This document shows, in pieces, positions 37,390-45,720 of a stretch of 47,417 nt of DNA (positions within the stretch are counted from its first letter, which is position 1; each line of letters starts with the position of its first letter). Under the pieces are notes generated by a model, which worked only from the letters and a program-made list of their open reading frames with translations, did not search any database and was not told where the DNA came from. This DNA comes from Crocinitomicaceae bacterium. GTDB taxonomy: Bacteria > Bacteroidota > Bacteroidia > Flavobacteriales_D > Crocinitomicaceae. The position numbers and the translations under genes were made by a program. The stretch spans positions 1 through 47,417 of the forward strand of contig JBILTD010000001.1 of NCBI GenBank assembly GCA_044371695.1, read 5' to 3'.

Positions 37390-38139
37390 TTGGCCATTAA
37401 AACCATTCTTGTTTCTCAGCCAAAACCCGAGGGTGACAAATCTCCATATTTTGATTTAGCTGACAAATACAAACTCAAAATCGATTTCCGTCCTTTTATC
37501 AAGGTAGAAGGTGTTGACGCTAAAGAATTTCGCGCTCAGAAGGTCGATATCAGCGAACACACAGCGGTTATTTTAACCTCAAAAGTTGCTGTTGATCACT
37601 TTTTTAGAATGTCAGAGGCGATCCGTTTTGAAGTGCCAGACACCATGAAGTATTTCTGTATTACAGAGGCGGTTGCGCTTTATCTTCAGAAATATGTGAC
37701 ATACCGTAAGCGCAAAATTTTCTTTGGTAAGCAAACCATCGAAGAGCTTGCCGAGCTCATGAAAAAACAAAAGGGTGAAAAATTTCTTTTGCCTTGTACA
37801 GACATCTTACGAGACAATATTCCATTGACCCTCGAAAAGTTCAATATTCCATTTACAAAAGCTATTCTCTACAAAACCGTGGCCGCCGATTTATCGGATC
37901 TAGAGGATGTTTACTACGACATGTTAGTGTTCTTTAGCCCAGGTGGAATAGAATCCTTGTTTAAAAACTTCCCGGATTTTAAACAAAATACTACTGCTAT
38001 CGCTGCTTTTGGCCCCACAACTGCAAACGCGGTCCTCAAGAACAACTTGCGTCTTGATGTTCATGCACCACATCCAAAAGCTCCTTCAATGGTGGGTGCA
38101 ATTGAATTGTTTATCAAAGAGCAACTCAAGAAAAAATAA
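37390..38139 (+). CDS. hemD: uroporphyrinogen-III synthase
   Basis: The in-frame TTG at 37390 gives MAIKTILVSQPKPE, matching the usual Bacteroidota HemD N-terminus. An ATG at 37348 is the alternative. The tracked start at 37243 overlaps the DUF4271 gene by 127 nt. Confidence 0.7.
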   Translation: MAIKTILVSQPKPEGDKSPYFDLADKYKLKIDFRPFIKVEGVDAKEFRAQKVDISEHTAVILTSKVAVDHFFRMSEAIRFEVPDTMKYFCITEAVALYLQKYVTYRKRKIFFGKQTIEELAELMKKQKGEKFLLPCTDILRDNIPLTLEKFNIPFTKAILYKTVAADLSDLEDVYYDMLVFFSPGGIESLFKNFPDFKQNTTAIAAFGPTTANAVLKNNLRLDVHAPHPKAPSMVGAIELFIKEQLKKK

Positions 38140-38222
38140 CCTTTTTCTAGGATTTTTTAGGCATTTCGCTTTTTTCCTTGAGCGGATTTTCTCTATATTT
38201 ACACAAACTTAAATTTTAACGC

Positions 38223-39746
38223 ATGAAAAAACTATTATTCTCAGCTGCGATGTTACTTGCAGGTGTTAGTGCAAATGCGCAGCTAGCCCCAGGAAGCGTT
38301 GCTCCAAACTTTACAGTTACTGCTTATCAATCTTGGTTGGCAACAGCTGGTACAACAAACAATGGTTCTTACACATTGTATGACTACCTAGACCAAGGAT
38401 ACACTGTATTCTTAGATGTTTCTGCAACTTGGTGTGGTCCATGTTGGAACTACCACCTTTCTGGTGCTTTAGAAGATGTTTATGCTAACCACGGCCCAGC
38501 TGGTGCTCCTGGTGTTGTTTCTTCTACAACTGATGACGTTATGGTTATCTGGATCGAAGGTGACGGTACTACTGCTGATGCAACTATGCTTGATGGTTCA
38601 GGTGCAATTGGTAACTGGATTGAGCCAGCTGCTGGTAACCAAATCCAATTCCCTATGGCAAACCCAGCGTCTGCGTCTGCTAACCAAATCAACAACGACT
38701 ATGCAATCGCTTACTTCCCAACAATCTACCGTATTTGCCCTAACCGCATCATCGAAGAAGTTGGTCAAATGGATGCTACTGAATTGTATGCTACTGTAAG
38801 TGCATGTCCTCCACCAGCATCTGCTCCGTCTGATGTTGCTGCTTTGAGCTATACTGGTTCATTAGTACACTGCGAAGGTGCTTACACACCATCTGTTGAT
38901 ATTCAAAACAACGGTACTTCTGCACTTACTGCTGCAACTGTAACAATCACACAAGGTGGTACTACAGTTTCTACAGGTACGTACAGCGGTAACCTAGCTA
39001 CTTACGGTGTTGCAAACGTAGTTTGTTCACCTATCGCTAACTTTACTGGTGGTGCATTAACTGTAACTGTAACAACTGCAGGTGACGCTTCAGCTGCTAA
39101 CAACGGTTCTAACGCAACTATTGCTTCTGCTTCAAACGCAGTTTCTCAGTATGTTACTGTAAACATCACTACAGACTACTACGCTTCTGAAACCTCTTGG
39201 GCTATCAAGAGCAGCACTGGTGCAACTGTAGCACAAGGTGGTGGTAACTGGCAAGATCTAGGTGGAACTTCTGCAGGTCAAACTGTACAAGCTCCAGTTC
39301 TTGTTACTTTGAACCCTAGCCAGTGTTATACTTTCGAAATCTATGATTCATACGGTGACGGTATCTGCTGTTCATACGGTGACGGTGCATACTCTTTAGT
39401 TGATGCGAACGGAACAACTATCGCTTCTGGTGCTCAGTTTGGAGAAATGGATTCACGTGCATTCAAAACTGGTGCTTTAGGAATGGATGAGTTAGCAACA
39501 ATCGCAATGAATGTTTACCCTAACCCAGCATCTTCTGAAGTAAATGTTTCTTTCGAAGCTACTAACAACGACTACTCAGTTGCATTAATGGATCTTCAAG
39601 GTCGCGTTATCGCAACTAAAAACATGACTAACCTTAACGGTACACAAGTTGTTTCTTTCTCAACTGAAAATGTTGCAAAAGGAAGCTACATCGTAACTGT
39701 TACAGTAGAAGGTCTTACAACAACTAAAAATGTTGTGATCAAATAA
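38223..39746 (+). CDS. T9SS-secreted multidomain protein with an N-terminal thioredoxin-like (redoxin) domain
   Basis: Signal peptide, APNFTV...FLDVSATWCGPCW, an A/T/G-rich middle, a Cys-rich YDSYGDGICCSYGDGAYSL module and a type-A sorting domain (VYPNPASSEVNVSF...GSYIVTVTV...VVIK). Confidence 0.75.
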   Translation: MKKLLFSAAMLLAGVSANAQLAPGSVAPNFTVTAYQSWLATAGTTNNGSYTLYDYLDQGYTVFLDVSATWCGPCWNYHLSGALEDVYANHGPAGAPGVVSSTTDDVMVIWIEGDGTTADATMLDGSGAIGNWIEPAAGNQIQFPMANPASASANQINNDYAIAYFPTIYRICPNRIIEEVGQMDATELYATVSACPPPASAPSDVAALSYTGSLVHCEGAYTPSVDIQNNGTSALTAATVTITQGGTTVSTGTYSGNLATYGVANVVCSPIANFTGGALTVTVTTAGDASAANNGSNATIASASNAVSQYVTVNITTDYYASETSWAIKSSTGATVAQGGGNWQDLGGTSAGQTVQAPVLVTLNPSQCYTFEIYDSYGDGICCSYGDGAYSLVDANGTTIASGAQFGEMDSRAFKTGALGMDELATIAMNVYPNPASSEVNVSFEATNNDYSVALMDLQGRVIATKNMTNLNGTQVVSFSTENVAKGSYIVTVTVEGLTTTKNVVIK

Positions 39747-39766
39747 TTTCTTTTAAAAGAAAGAAG

Positions 39767-39796
39767 AAACGCCCTCCAACGAGGGCGTTTTTTTTT
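39767..39796 (+). terminator. intrinsic terminator
   Basis: AACGCCCTC-caacg-GAGGGCGTT (9-bp stem) followed by a run of T residues. Confidence 0.85.
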
Positions 39797-39801
39797 GACC
39801 T

Positions 39802-41451
39802 TTGTTTATGTTTATTCCGTTACCTGCCGAACTTCAAACACACCCGCTACCAGCGCGCTTTACCTTTCCTTTCTATTATGATCTTCATCCCTTGGCTGCC
39901 GCTGCCGCGAAAGACTTACAAGCCTGTATAGAAAAAACAGATTTTGGCCATGACTTTGGTTTGGATCGAACTGAAAGATTGGGCGCTATTGGCAAAATGT
40001 TTGGGGTGTTGGTGGTTCAAAATCAAGAGGGAAAGCTTGGTTATTTAGCTGCTTTTTCCGGAAAACTAGGCAATTCAAATGAGCACCAAGGCTTTGTTCC
40101 GCCTGTATTTGATTTACTTGAAGCTCAAGGATTTTTTCGCCGTGAAGAACAAGAAATCCACCAACTAACATTACAAATAGAGTCTTTGGAAAGTGCGCCA
40201 GATTTTCAAAATTTAGGTGTAGTTTTTTCGCAGCTAAAACAAGAATGGTTGCAAAAGCTTGATGCCTTTCAGCAGCAAGTAAAATTGTCCAAGGCGCTTC
40301 GCGATCAAAGAAGAGCTGCAATATTAGAAACGGAGGACAATGCAGAGTCTATCTTTGCCCAACTGCGACTCGAAAGCATGCATGAAAGCAGAGCACTCAA
40401 GGCACTTAAAAAACAAGCACAAGCTGAATTAGATGCAGCCCAAGCGGAAGTAAAAATTTACAAGGAGCATCTCGATTTAATTAAAGCGCAGCGCGCAGCC
40501 CATTCAGCCGATTTACAGCGCCGAATCTTTGAGCGCTATACCTTTTTAAATGCACTGGGCCAAAGTGTCAATGTCTTAGATTTATTTACTGATTCTCCGC
40601 CAGCAGGGGCAGGTGAGTGCGCGGCTCCTAAGCTTTTGCAATATGCTTATTTGAATAATTTGAAGCCTATTTGTATGGCAGAATTTTGGTGGGGAATGTC
40701 ACCAGATTCAGAGGTTCGTATTCATGGGCATTTTTATCCTGCTTGTAAAAGCAAATGTGAGCCCATTCTAGGGCATATGTTAAAAGGGCTTGACGTAGAT
40801 CACAATCCAATTACAGCAATTCATCCACCAAAACCTTTGGAGATTATTTTCGAAGATGACTGGATAGTTGCCGTAAATAAAAGCCCAGAGTATTTGTCTG
40901 TTCCTGGAAAAAATCCACAACCCAATAGTCTTGAAGATTTAAAAAAATATTTGCCGCAAGCTGATGGCCCACTATTGGTGCACCGTTTAGATATGTCTAC
41001 CTCAGGTATCATGTTGGCTGCAAAAACAAAGTTGATGCATCAGCGCTTGCAGCGTCAATTTGTACTCAGAAAAGTAAAGAAGACCTACATGGCCATTTTA
41101 GATGGCATTCCAAAGGATGCTTCAGGAGAGATTAAATTACCACTTCGGGTAGACCTCGATGATAGGCCCAGACAATTGGTCTGCTATGAGCACGGTAGTT
41201 TTGCCCACACCAGCTATGAAGTACTTTCTTCTGAAAATGGCCAAACTCGGATTTTATTTTATCCGCACACAGGCCGAACGCATCAACTACGTGTGCATGC
41301 GGCACATCATTTAGGATTGAACTGCCCAATTAAAGGCGACGATTTGTATGGTAAAAAAGCAAACCGCTTGCATTTACACGCCGCATCTTTAGGATTTTAC
41401 CACCCGCATAGCAACGAATGGGTGGAGCTTAATTGCGCCCCCACCTTCTAA
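39802..41451 (+). CDS. RluA-family pseudouridine synthase fused to a roughly 335-aa N-terminal Cys/His-bearing (deaminase-like) module
   Basis: The C-terminal half has HRLDMSTSGIML, GRTHQLRVH and the RluA fold pattern. The N-terminal half has GKMFGVLVV/GYLAAFSG, GECAAPKLL and YPACKSKCEPILGH. The start is a TTG at 39802 or an ATG at 39808. Confidence 0.85.
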   Translation: MFMFIPLPAELQTHPLPARFTFPFYYDLHPLAAAAAKDLQACIEKTDFGHDFGLDRTERLGAIGKMFGVLVVQNQEGKLGYLAAFSGKLGNSNEHQGFVPPVFDLLEAQGFFRREEQEIHQLTLQIESLESAPDFQNLGVVFSQLKQEWLQKLDAFQQQVKLSKALRDQRRAAILETEDNAESIFAQLRLESMHESRALKALKKQAQAELDAAQAEVKIYKEHLDLIKAQRAAHSADLQRRIFERYTFLNALGQSVNVLDLFTDSPPAGAGECAAPKLLQYAYLNNLKPICMAEFWWGMSPDSEVRIHGHFYPACKSKCEPILGHMLKGLDVDHNPITAIHPPKPLEIIFEDDWIVAVNKSPEYLSVPGKNPQPNSLEDLKKYLPQADGPLLVHRLDMSTSGIMLAAKTKLMHQRLQRQFVLRKVKKTYMAILDGIPKDASGEIKLPLRVDLDDRPRQLVCYEHGSFAHTSYEVLSSENGQTRILFYPHTGRTHQLRVHAAHHLGLNCPIKGDDLYGKKANRLHLHAASLGFYHPHSNEWVELNCAPTF

Positions 41452-41461
41452 CAAAAGCGCG

Positions 41462-43372
41462 TTAAATTTTTGGCTCTAGCCAATCTCCGTATTCTCTAAT
41501 GAGATCCACAAGCGCTTCTACGGCTTCTGTTTCGTTGATATTCCTGCGCACAATCTCTTTTTCTTTATAAAGATTGATCTTGCCAGGGCCTGTTCCGACA
41601 TAGCCGTAATCGGCATCGGCCATTTCACCGGGTCCGTTCACAATACAACCCATAATTCCGATTTTAATCCCCTTTAAGTGCGAGGTGCGCTGTCTAATTT
41701 TAGCAGTGGTTTCTTGTAAATCAAAAAGGGTGCGGCCACAAGATGGGCAAGAAATATATTCTGTTTTTGAAATACGGGTACGTGTAGCCTGTAAAATGCC
41801 AAAAGATGTAGAGTTAATATACTGAGCACCTAAGTCGGCGTTTAGCCAAATCCCATCGCCAAATCCATCAATTAATATGGCGCCTGCATCTGCTCCTGAA
41901 TAAAGCTGAAAGCGTTCAAGTTCATTGGTTTCGTATTGATACGAGAGAATAACGGGCTGCTGCAAGTTCTTCTCTTGCATTTCCAAAAAGAAGCGGCGGT
42001 ATAGTTGTGTTTTGTTGTCAAATGCTGTATTCAAAATGATGCAAACATTTGGCAACATGGCTAACGCTTCAGGAATTTGGTCCTCTGCCTCAAGCGGCAA
42101 GAAGCAAGCTTGATTGGGTTCGATTTCTTGGAGTTGTTCTTGAAGAACAAGTGGGTAAAAACCTTGTTTTTGGCTGTAATGTGCTTTCCAAAAATCGTAA
42201 TCTACAATAATACCTAGTGTGCCAGGTACTTCAAAATCGAGCTTGTTGCTGCCAATATAGACATAATCGGCAGCCTGATCTTGAAGGTTCCATTTGTCGA
42301 GTGGTACGCTATATTGATAGCCAAATCCAAAGAAATGTGCATGCTTGATTTCGGCAACATCCGATAGGTCAGCTAAAACTACTGGTACATTTTTTCCTCC
42401 GATGTTGTGAATGGATGCGCTATTTCTTCTGCTGTAACTAAACGGATCGTATTGAAGTGCTGTTTTTGGTGCTTCAAAAGCGAAAGCATTGTAATTGTTA
42501 TATTTTGCGATTAATTTTTGGGCAACCGGTATTTCAGCCTCAGGCGCTTCAGTTAAAGAAACACGAATGGTGTCTCCGAGTCCGTCTTCTAAAAGTGCAC
42601 CAATGCCAACCGCAGATTTGATGCGTCCATCTTCTCCGTCGCCAGCTTCAGTTACGCCTAAATGTAAAGGATAAACAGTGCTGCGTTCGATCATCTTAGC
42701 CATGAGCAGGCGATAGGCCTGAACCATAACTAACGTATTACTGGCTTTCATGGAGATAACCAATTGGTCAAAATCGTGCTTTTCACAAATACGAATGAAT
42801 TCAAGCGCAGATTCAACCATGCCTTCAGGTGTGTCACCATAACGGCTCAAAATGCGATCAGATAAAGAACCGTGATTGGTCCCAATTCTCATTGCTGTGC
42901 CGTGTTCTTTGCAAAGTAAAACGAGTGGGGTAAATTTCTCCTCAATGCGTTTGAGTTCAGCTTGGTAACTAGCGTCGGTGAATTCGATTTCTTCAAATTT
43001 CTTTTTGTCTGCGTAGTTCCCCGGATTCACGCGTACTTTTTCGACAAGTTTGGCAGCAATTTCAGCCGCATTGGGCGTAAAGTGGATATCTGCAACCAAA
43101 GGGGCGTTATACCCTCTTTTAACCAGTTCTGCCTTTATGTTTTGTAAGTTCTCTGCTTCGTTTTTACTTGGGGCTGTAAGTCTAACTAGCTCGCAACCTG
43201 CGTCAATCATTCGAATGGATTGTGCAACGGAGCCTTCGGTGTCCATGGTATCAGTGGTGGTCATGGATTGGACCCGAATAGAATTTTCTCCTCCCAATTT
43301 CAAGCTGCCAATTTGAACTTCTTTGGTGAGTATGCGCGTGCGGTTCCAGGGGTCAAGACAATAACGTTGCAT
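41462..43372 (-). CDS. ispG: 4-hydroxy-3-methylbut-2-enyl diphosphate synthase, long form with inserted domain
   Basis: N-terminal TIM-barrel motifs (VQSMTTTDT, RINPGN-like VRVNPGNY) and a C-terminal 4Fe-4S domain (ISCPSCGRT, GCIVNGPGE). At 636 aa it indicates the long insertion-containing form. Confidence 0.95.
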   Translation of the reverse strand: MQRYCLDPWNRTRILTKEVQIGSLKLGGENSIRVQSMTTTDTMDTEGSVAQSIRMIDAGCELVRLTAPSKNEAENLQNIKAELVKRGYNAPLVADIHFTPNAAEIAAKLVEKVRVNPGNYADKKKFEEIEFTDASYQAELKRIEEKFTPLVLLCKEHGTAMRIGTNHGSLSDRILSRYGDTPEGMVESALEFIRICEKHDFDQLVISMKASNTLVMVQAYRLLMAKMIERSTVYPLHLGVTEAGDGEDGRIKSAVGIGALLEDGLGDTIRVSLTEAPEAEIPVAQKLIAKYNNYNAFAFEAPKTALQYDPFSYSRRNSASIHNIGGKNVPVVLADLSDVAEIKHAHFFGFGYQYSVPLDKWNLQDQAADYVYIGSNKLDFEVPGTLGIIVDYDFWKAHYSQKQGFYPLVLQEQLQEIEPNQACFLPLEAEDQIPEALAMLPNVCIILNTAFDNKTQLYRRFFLEMQEKNLQQPVILSYQYETNELERFQLYSGADAGAILIDGFGDGIWLNADLGAQYINSTSFGILQATRTRISKTEYISCPSCGRTLFDLQETTAKIRQRTSHLKGIKIGIMGCIVNGPGEMADADYGYVGTGPGKINLYKEKEIVRRNINETEAVEALVDLIREYGDWLEPKI

Positions 43373-43390
43373 TTGTTTTTTTTAGTCTAA

Positions 43391-43398
43391 CAAAGGTA
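43391..43398 (-). promoter_or_regulatory. candidate -7 promoter box (TACCTTTG on the minus strand) for ispG
   Basis: Exact TAnnTTTG match 18 nt upstream of the ATG at 43372. A second identical caaaggta occurs at 43429-43436. Confidence 0.45.
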
Positions 43399-43441
43399 AG
43401 GATTCAATTGTTTGTGCGTTCTTTGTTTCAAAGGTATTCTC

Positions 43442-44083
43442 ATGAGGCAAATATGCTACGTTATCCTGATTTGTTTTTGCTTTTTTTCTTCTTGTCAGGA
43501 AGAACAAAAACCTATTGCGCAACGGAGTCTAAAACCTAAAAAAACTCAAGGAATCGCACCTTATTCAAATCCTGTTGCCTCAAAAAATGTATTGAATAAA
43601 AAGCAACCGTCCAAAATTATTCCGCAGGTTTTGCCTCCACCTGACCCTGATCCAGAACCGCCTTTTCCTTATCTAGAACCACCAGGTTATCCTCCAGACC
43701 CTATGGATCCGGTATCACCGGTTTCATTTCCAAAAACAATACACGACAGCATTGTCAGTTTTCCATACGCAGCGGCCTCATATGGGAATCATCCGGATGA
43801 ATTAATCAAATTTATTGACTACAAAATTGCCAATAGCACAGAATGGTCTTACCTCAAGGAGCTAGGTTTCGAGGGGAAAATTTATATACGTTTGCTCATC
43901 GATACAAAAGGCAAAGTGAGAGAGGTTACTTTTTTAAAGTTCACTGATCCACAATTAGAAATTTTAAAAAGCAGGTTAAAAAATGCTTTTATATCGATGC
44001 CAAACTGGCTGTCGGCAAAAGATGAGCATGGTCAAAGTGTCGTTTCTGAATTTACCTTCCCATTTAGGATTCAATTTGAATAA
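43442..44083 (+). CDS. proline-rich lipoprotein with a TonB-C-like C-terminal domain
   Basis: Lipobox FFSSC at the ATG at 43442, the Pro-rich spacer PPPDPDPEPPFPYLEPPGYPPDPMDPVSP, and a C-terminal GKIYIRLLIDTKGKVREV strand pattern. Confidence 0.5.
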   Translation: MRQICYVILICFCFFSSCQEEQKPIAQRSLKPKKTQGIAPYSNPVASKNVLNKKQPSKIIPQVLPPPDPDPEPPFPYLEPPGYPPDPMDPVSPVSFPKTIHDSIVSFPYAAASYGNHPDELIKFIDYKIANSTEWSYLKELGFEGKIYIRLLIDTKGKVREVTFLKFTDPQLEILKSRLKNAFISMPNWLSAKDEHGQSVVSEFTFPFRIQFE

Positions 44084-44133
44084 TGCAGGCATTTAGCGTT
44101 TTTTAAGCACAGCATCAGTATCTTTACTTTCAC

Positions 44134-45720
44134 ATGAAAGTATTTGAATACAAGATAGACCTGAAGTGGCGCATACTCGGCCTTCTCCTGTTATTGAGTT
44201 TTCTTTATGCATTTTGGCAGCATTTTTCAAGTGACATCTTGCCCATTCACGAATGCAGAAAGTCTGATTCTTTGACGCAGGCCATTCAGTATATGAGAGG
44301 AGCGTCATTTTTAGAACCGCAAACCAACTGGATTTCGCCGATGGGTAATCGCCATGCTGCTGCTGAATTTCCGATTGTTTATTACATAATTGGGCAAATC
44401 TGGAAACTGACAGGTTATCAACTTTGGCTCTCTAAACTTTTTAGTTTGGGGCTTTTAATGACGGCCATCATTTCCTTGCGACACTTCTTGCTTTGGTTCT
44501 TTGAGTCTAAACAAAAAGTACTGGTCTTTTCAGCCATCATATTTAGCGCTCCGGTCTTGATTTACTATGCAGACACCGTTTTGCCTAATATTTATGCCTT
44601 CTCGTTTTTGCTACTCGCCATCAGTGCCTGCTTCTCTTATTTGCAAACAAAGAGCAAGTGGAGTTATTTAGGCTTTACTATTTTTCTCTGTTTAGCTATC
44701 CTTATCAAGGTCACGGCTTTAATTGCCGTTTTGGCTTTTCTCGGGGCTTTATTTTTTACAGTACTCCTGACCAACACCTGGAAATCATACCTTTCAGATC
44801 GTCGCGTTTATTGGTTGGGCCTAAGTGTGCTTATAGCCCTGCTGAGCAGTTTTCTGTGGTATACTTATGCCATCCGTTACAATGCCGCACATGGTTCAAC
44901 TATTTTCTCAACGACCATCAGACCCATTTGGGAGGTAAGTACCGAAGAACAAATTCGCATCATCAAACTCGTTTTGACAGAACATCTCAAGGAAATGTAC
45001 CACCAACTCATTTTAGTGCCTTTGGTGCTTATAGGTTTTTGGGCTTTGTTCAAAAAGGAAATCGCACTTTACTTGCGCTTGCTGATTGTCATTTCTTTCA
45101 TAGGAACCATTGCCTATTTCATTTTGTGGTTTTGGGTTTTTGATGTCCACGATTATTATTTTATTGAAATCTTGTTTGTTCCTCTGATTTTGATGGCTAT
45201 TTACATGAAATATACGGCTTCATTTATAGCAGCTGCGCAATGGCAAAAACGAATTGCTTATGTTGGCCTTACGCTCATTTTTCTCAATGCTGTTTCTTAT
45301 ACCCAGGTAGCAGCAGGGAACCAAAATATCATTGTTAAAAACACACCACTGACCTCTAGTTTTATCCGAGGAAATTGGGGTTGGTTTTACTTCAATCAAG
45401 ATGAAACGCTGGGCCAAATTCAAGCACAGCGAGAAGAAATTAAATACTTAATCGGCAGCAACGATACCGTTTTTTGTTTTTCGGACCCTTATCCAAATGT
45501 GCACCTTACAGCCATAGATCGCATTGGTTACAGCAATTATAGTTTGTACAGAGATCAGCCGTTTGTACCTCAAATACAAAGTCTAATTGATAAAGGAGCA
45601 AGTAAATTATTGATTTTGCAGCAAGATACAGCTCATGTGGATATCAAACCCTTTTTAAAGCATTTGCTTTATAAGCATAAGCACGTTCAACTCTACGACT
45701 TAAGACCCTTCAGAAAATAA
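44134..45720 (+). CDS. polytopic membrane protein, GT-C (ArnT/PMT, GT39-like) glycosyltransferase candidate
   Basis: At least 10 hydrophobic segments, a first extracytoplasmic loop with acidic and aromatic residues (AAEFPIVYY) and a soluble C-terminal tail. The assignment rests on architecture only. Confidence 0.45.
   Translation: MKVFEYKIDLKWRILGLLLLLSFLYAFWQHFSSDILPIHECRKSDSLTQAIQYMRGASFLEPQTNWISPMGNRHAAAEFPIVYYIIGQIWKLTGYQLWLSKLFSLGLLMTAIISLRHFLLWFFESKQKVLVFSAIIFSAPVLIYYADTVLPNIYAFSFLLLAISACFSYLQTKSKWSYLGFTIFLCLAILIKVTALIAVLAFLGALFFTVLLTNTWKSYLSDRRVYWLGLSVLIALLSSFLWYTYAIRYNAAHGSTIFSTTIRPIWEVSTEEQIRIIKLVLTEHLKEMYHQLILVPLVLIGFWALFKKEIALYLRLLIVISFIGTIAYFILWFWVFDVHDYYFIEILFVPLILMAIYMKYTASFIAAAQWQKRIAYVGLTLIFLNAVSYTQVAAGNQNIIVKNTPLTSSFIRGNWGWFYFNQDETLGQIQAQREEIKYLIGSNDTVFCFSDPYPNVHLTAIDRIGYSNYSLYRDQPFVPQIQSLIDKGASKLLILQQDTAHVDIKPFLKHLLYKHKHVQLYDLRPFRK

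Noticed and set aside
38476-38799. 107-aa same-strand and 71-aa antisense ORFs inside the T9SS thioredoxin-domain gene
   Set aside because: These are by-products of the extreme codon bias and A/T/G-rich repetitive composition of the host gene, which depletes stop codons in other frames.
44658-45143. 161-aa alternative-frame ORF inside the GT-C-like membrane protein gene
   Set aside because: It is on the same strand but a shifted frame of a T-rich membrane-protein gene where stop codons are rare. The translation is Arg/Phe/His-rich junk with no start context or promoter.
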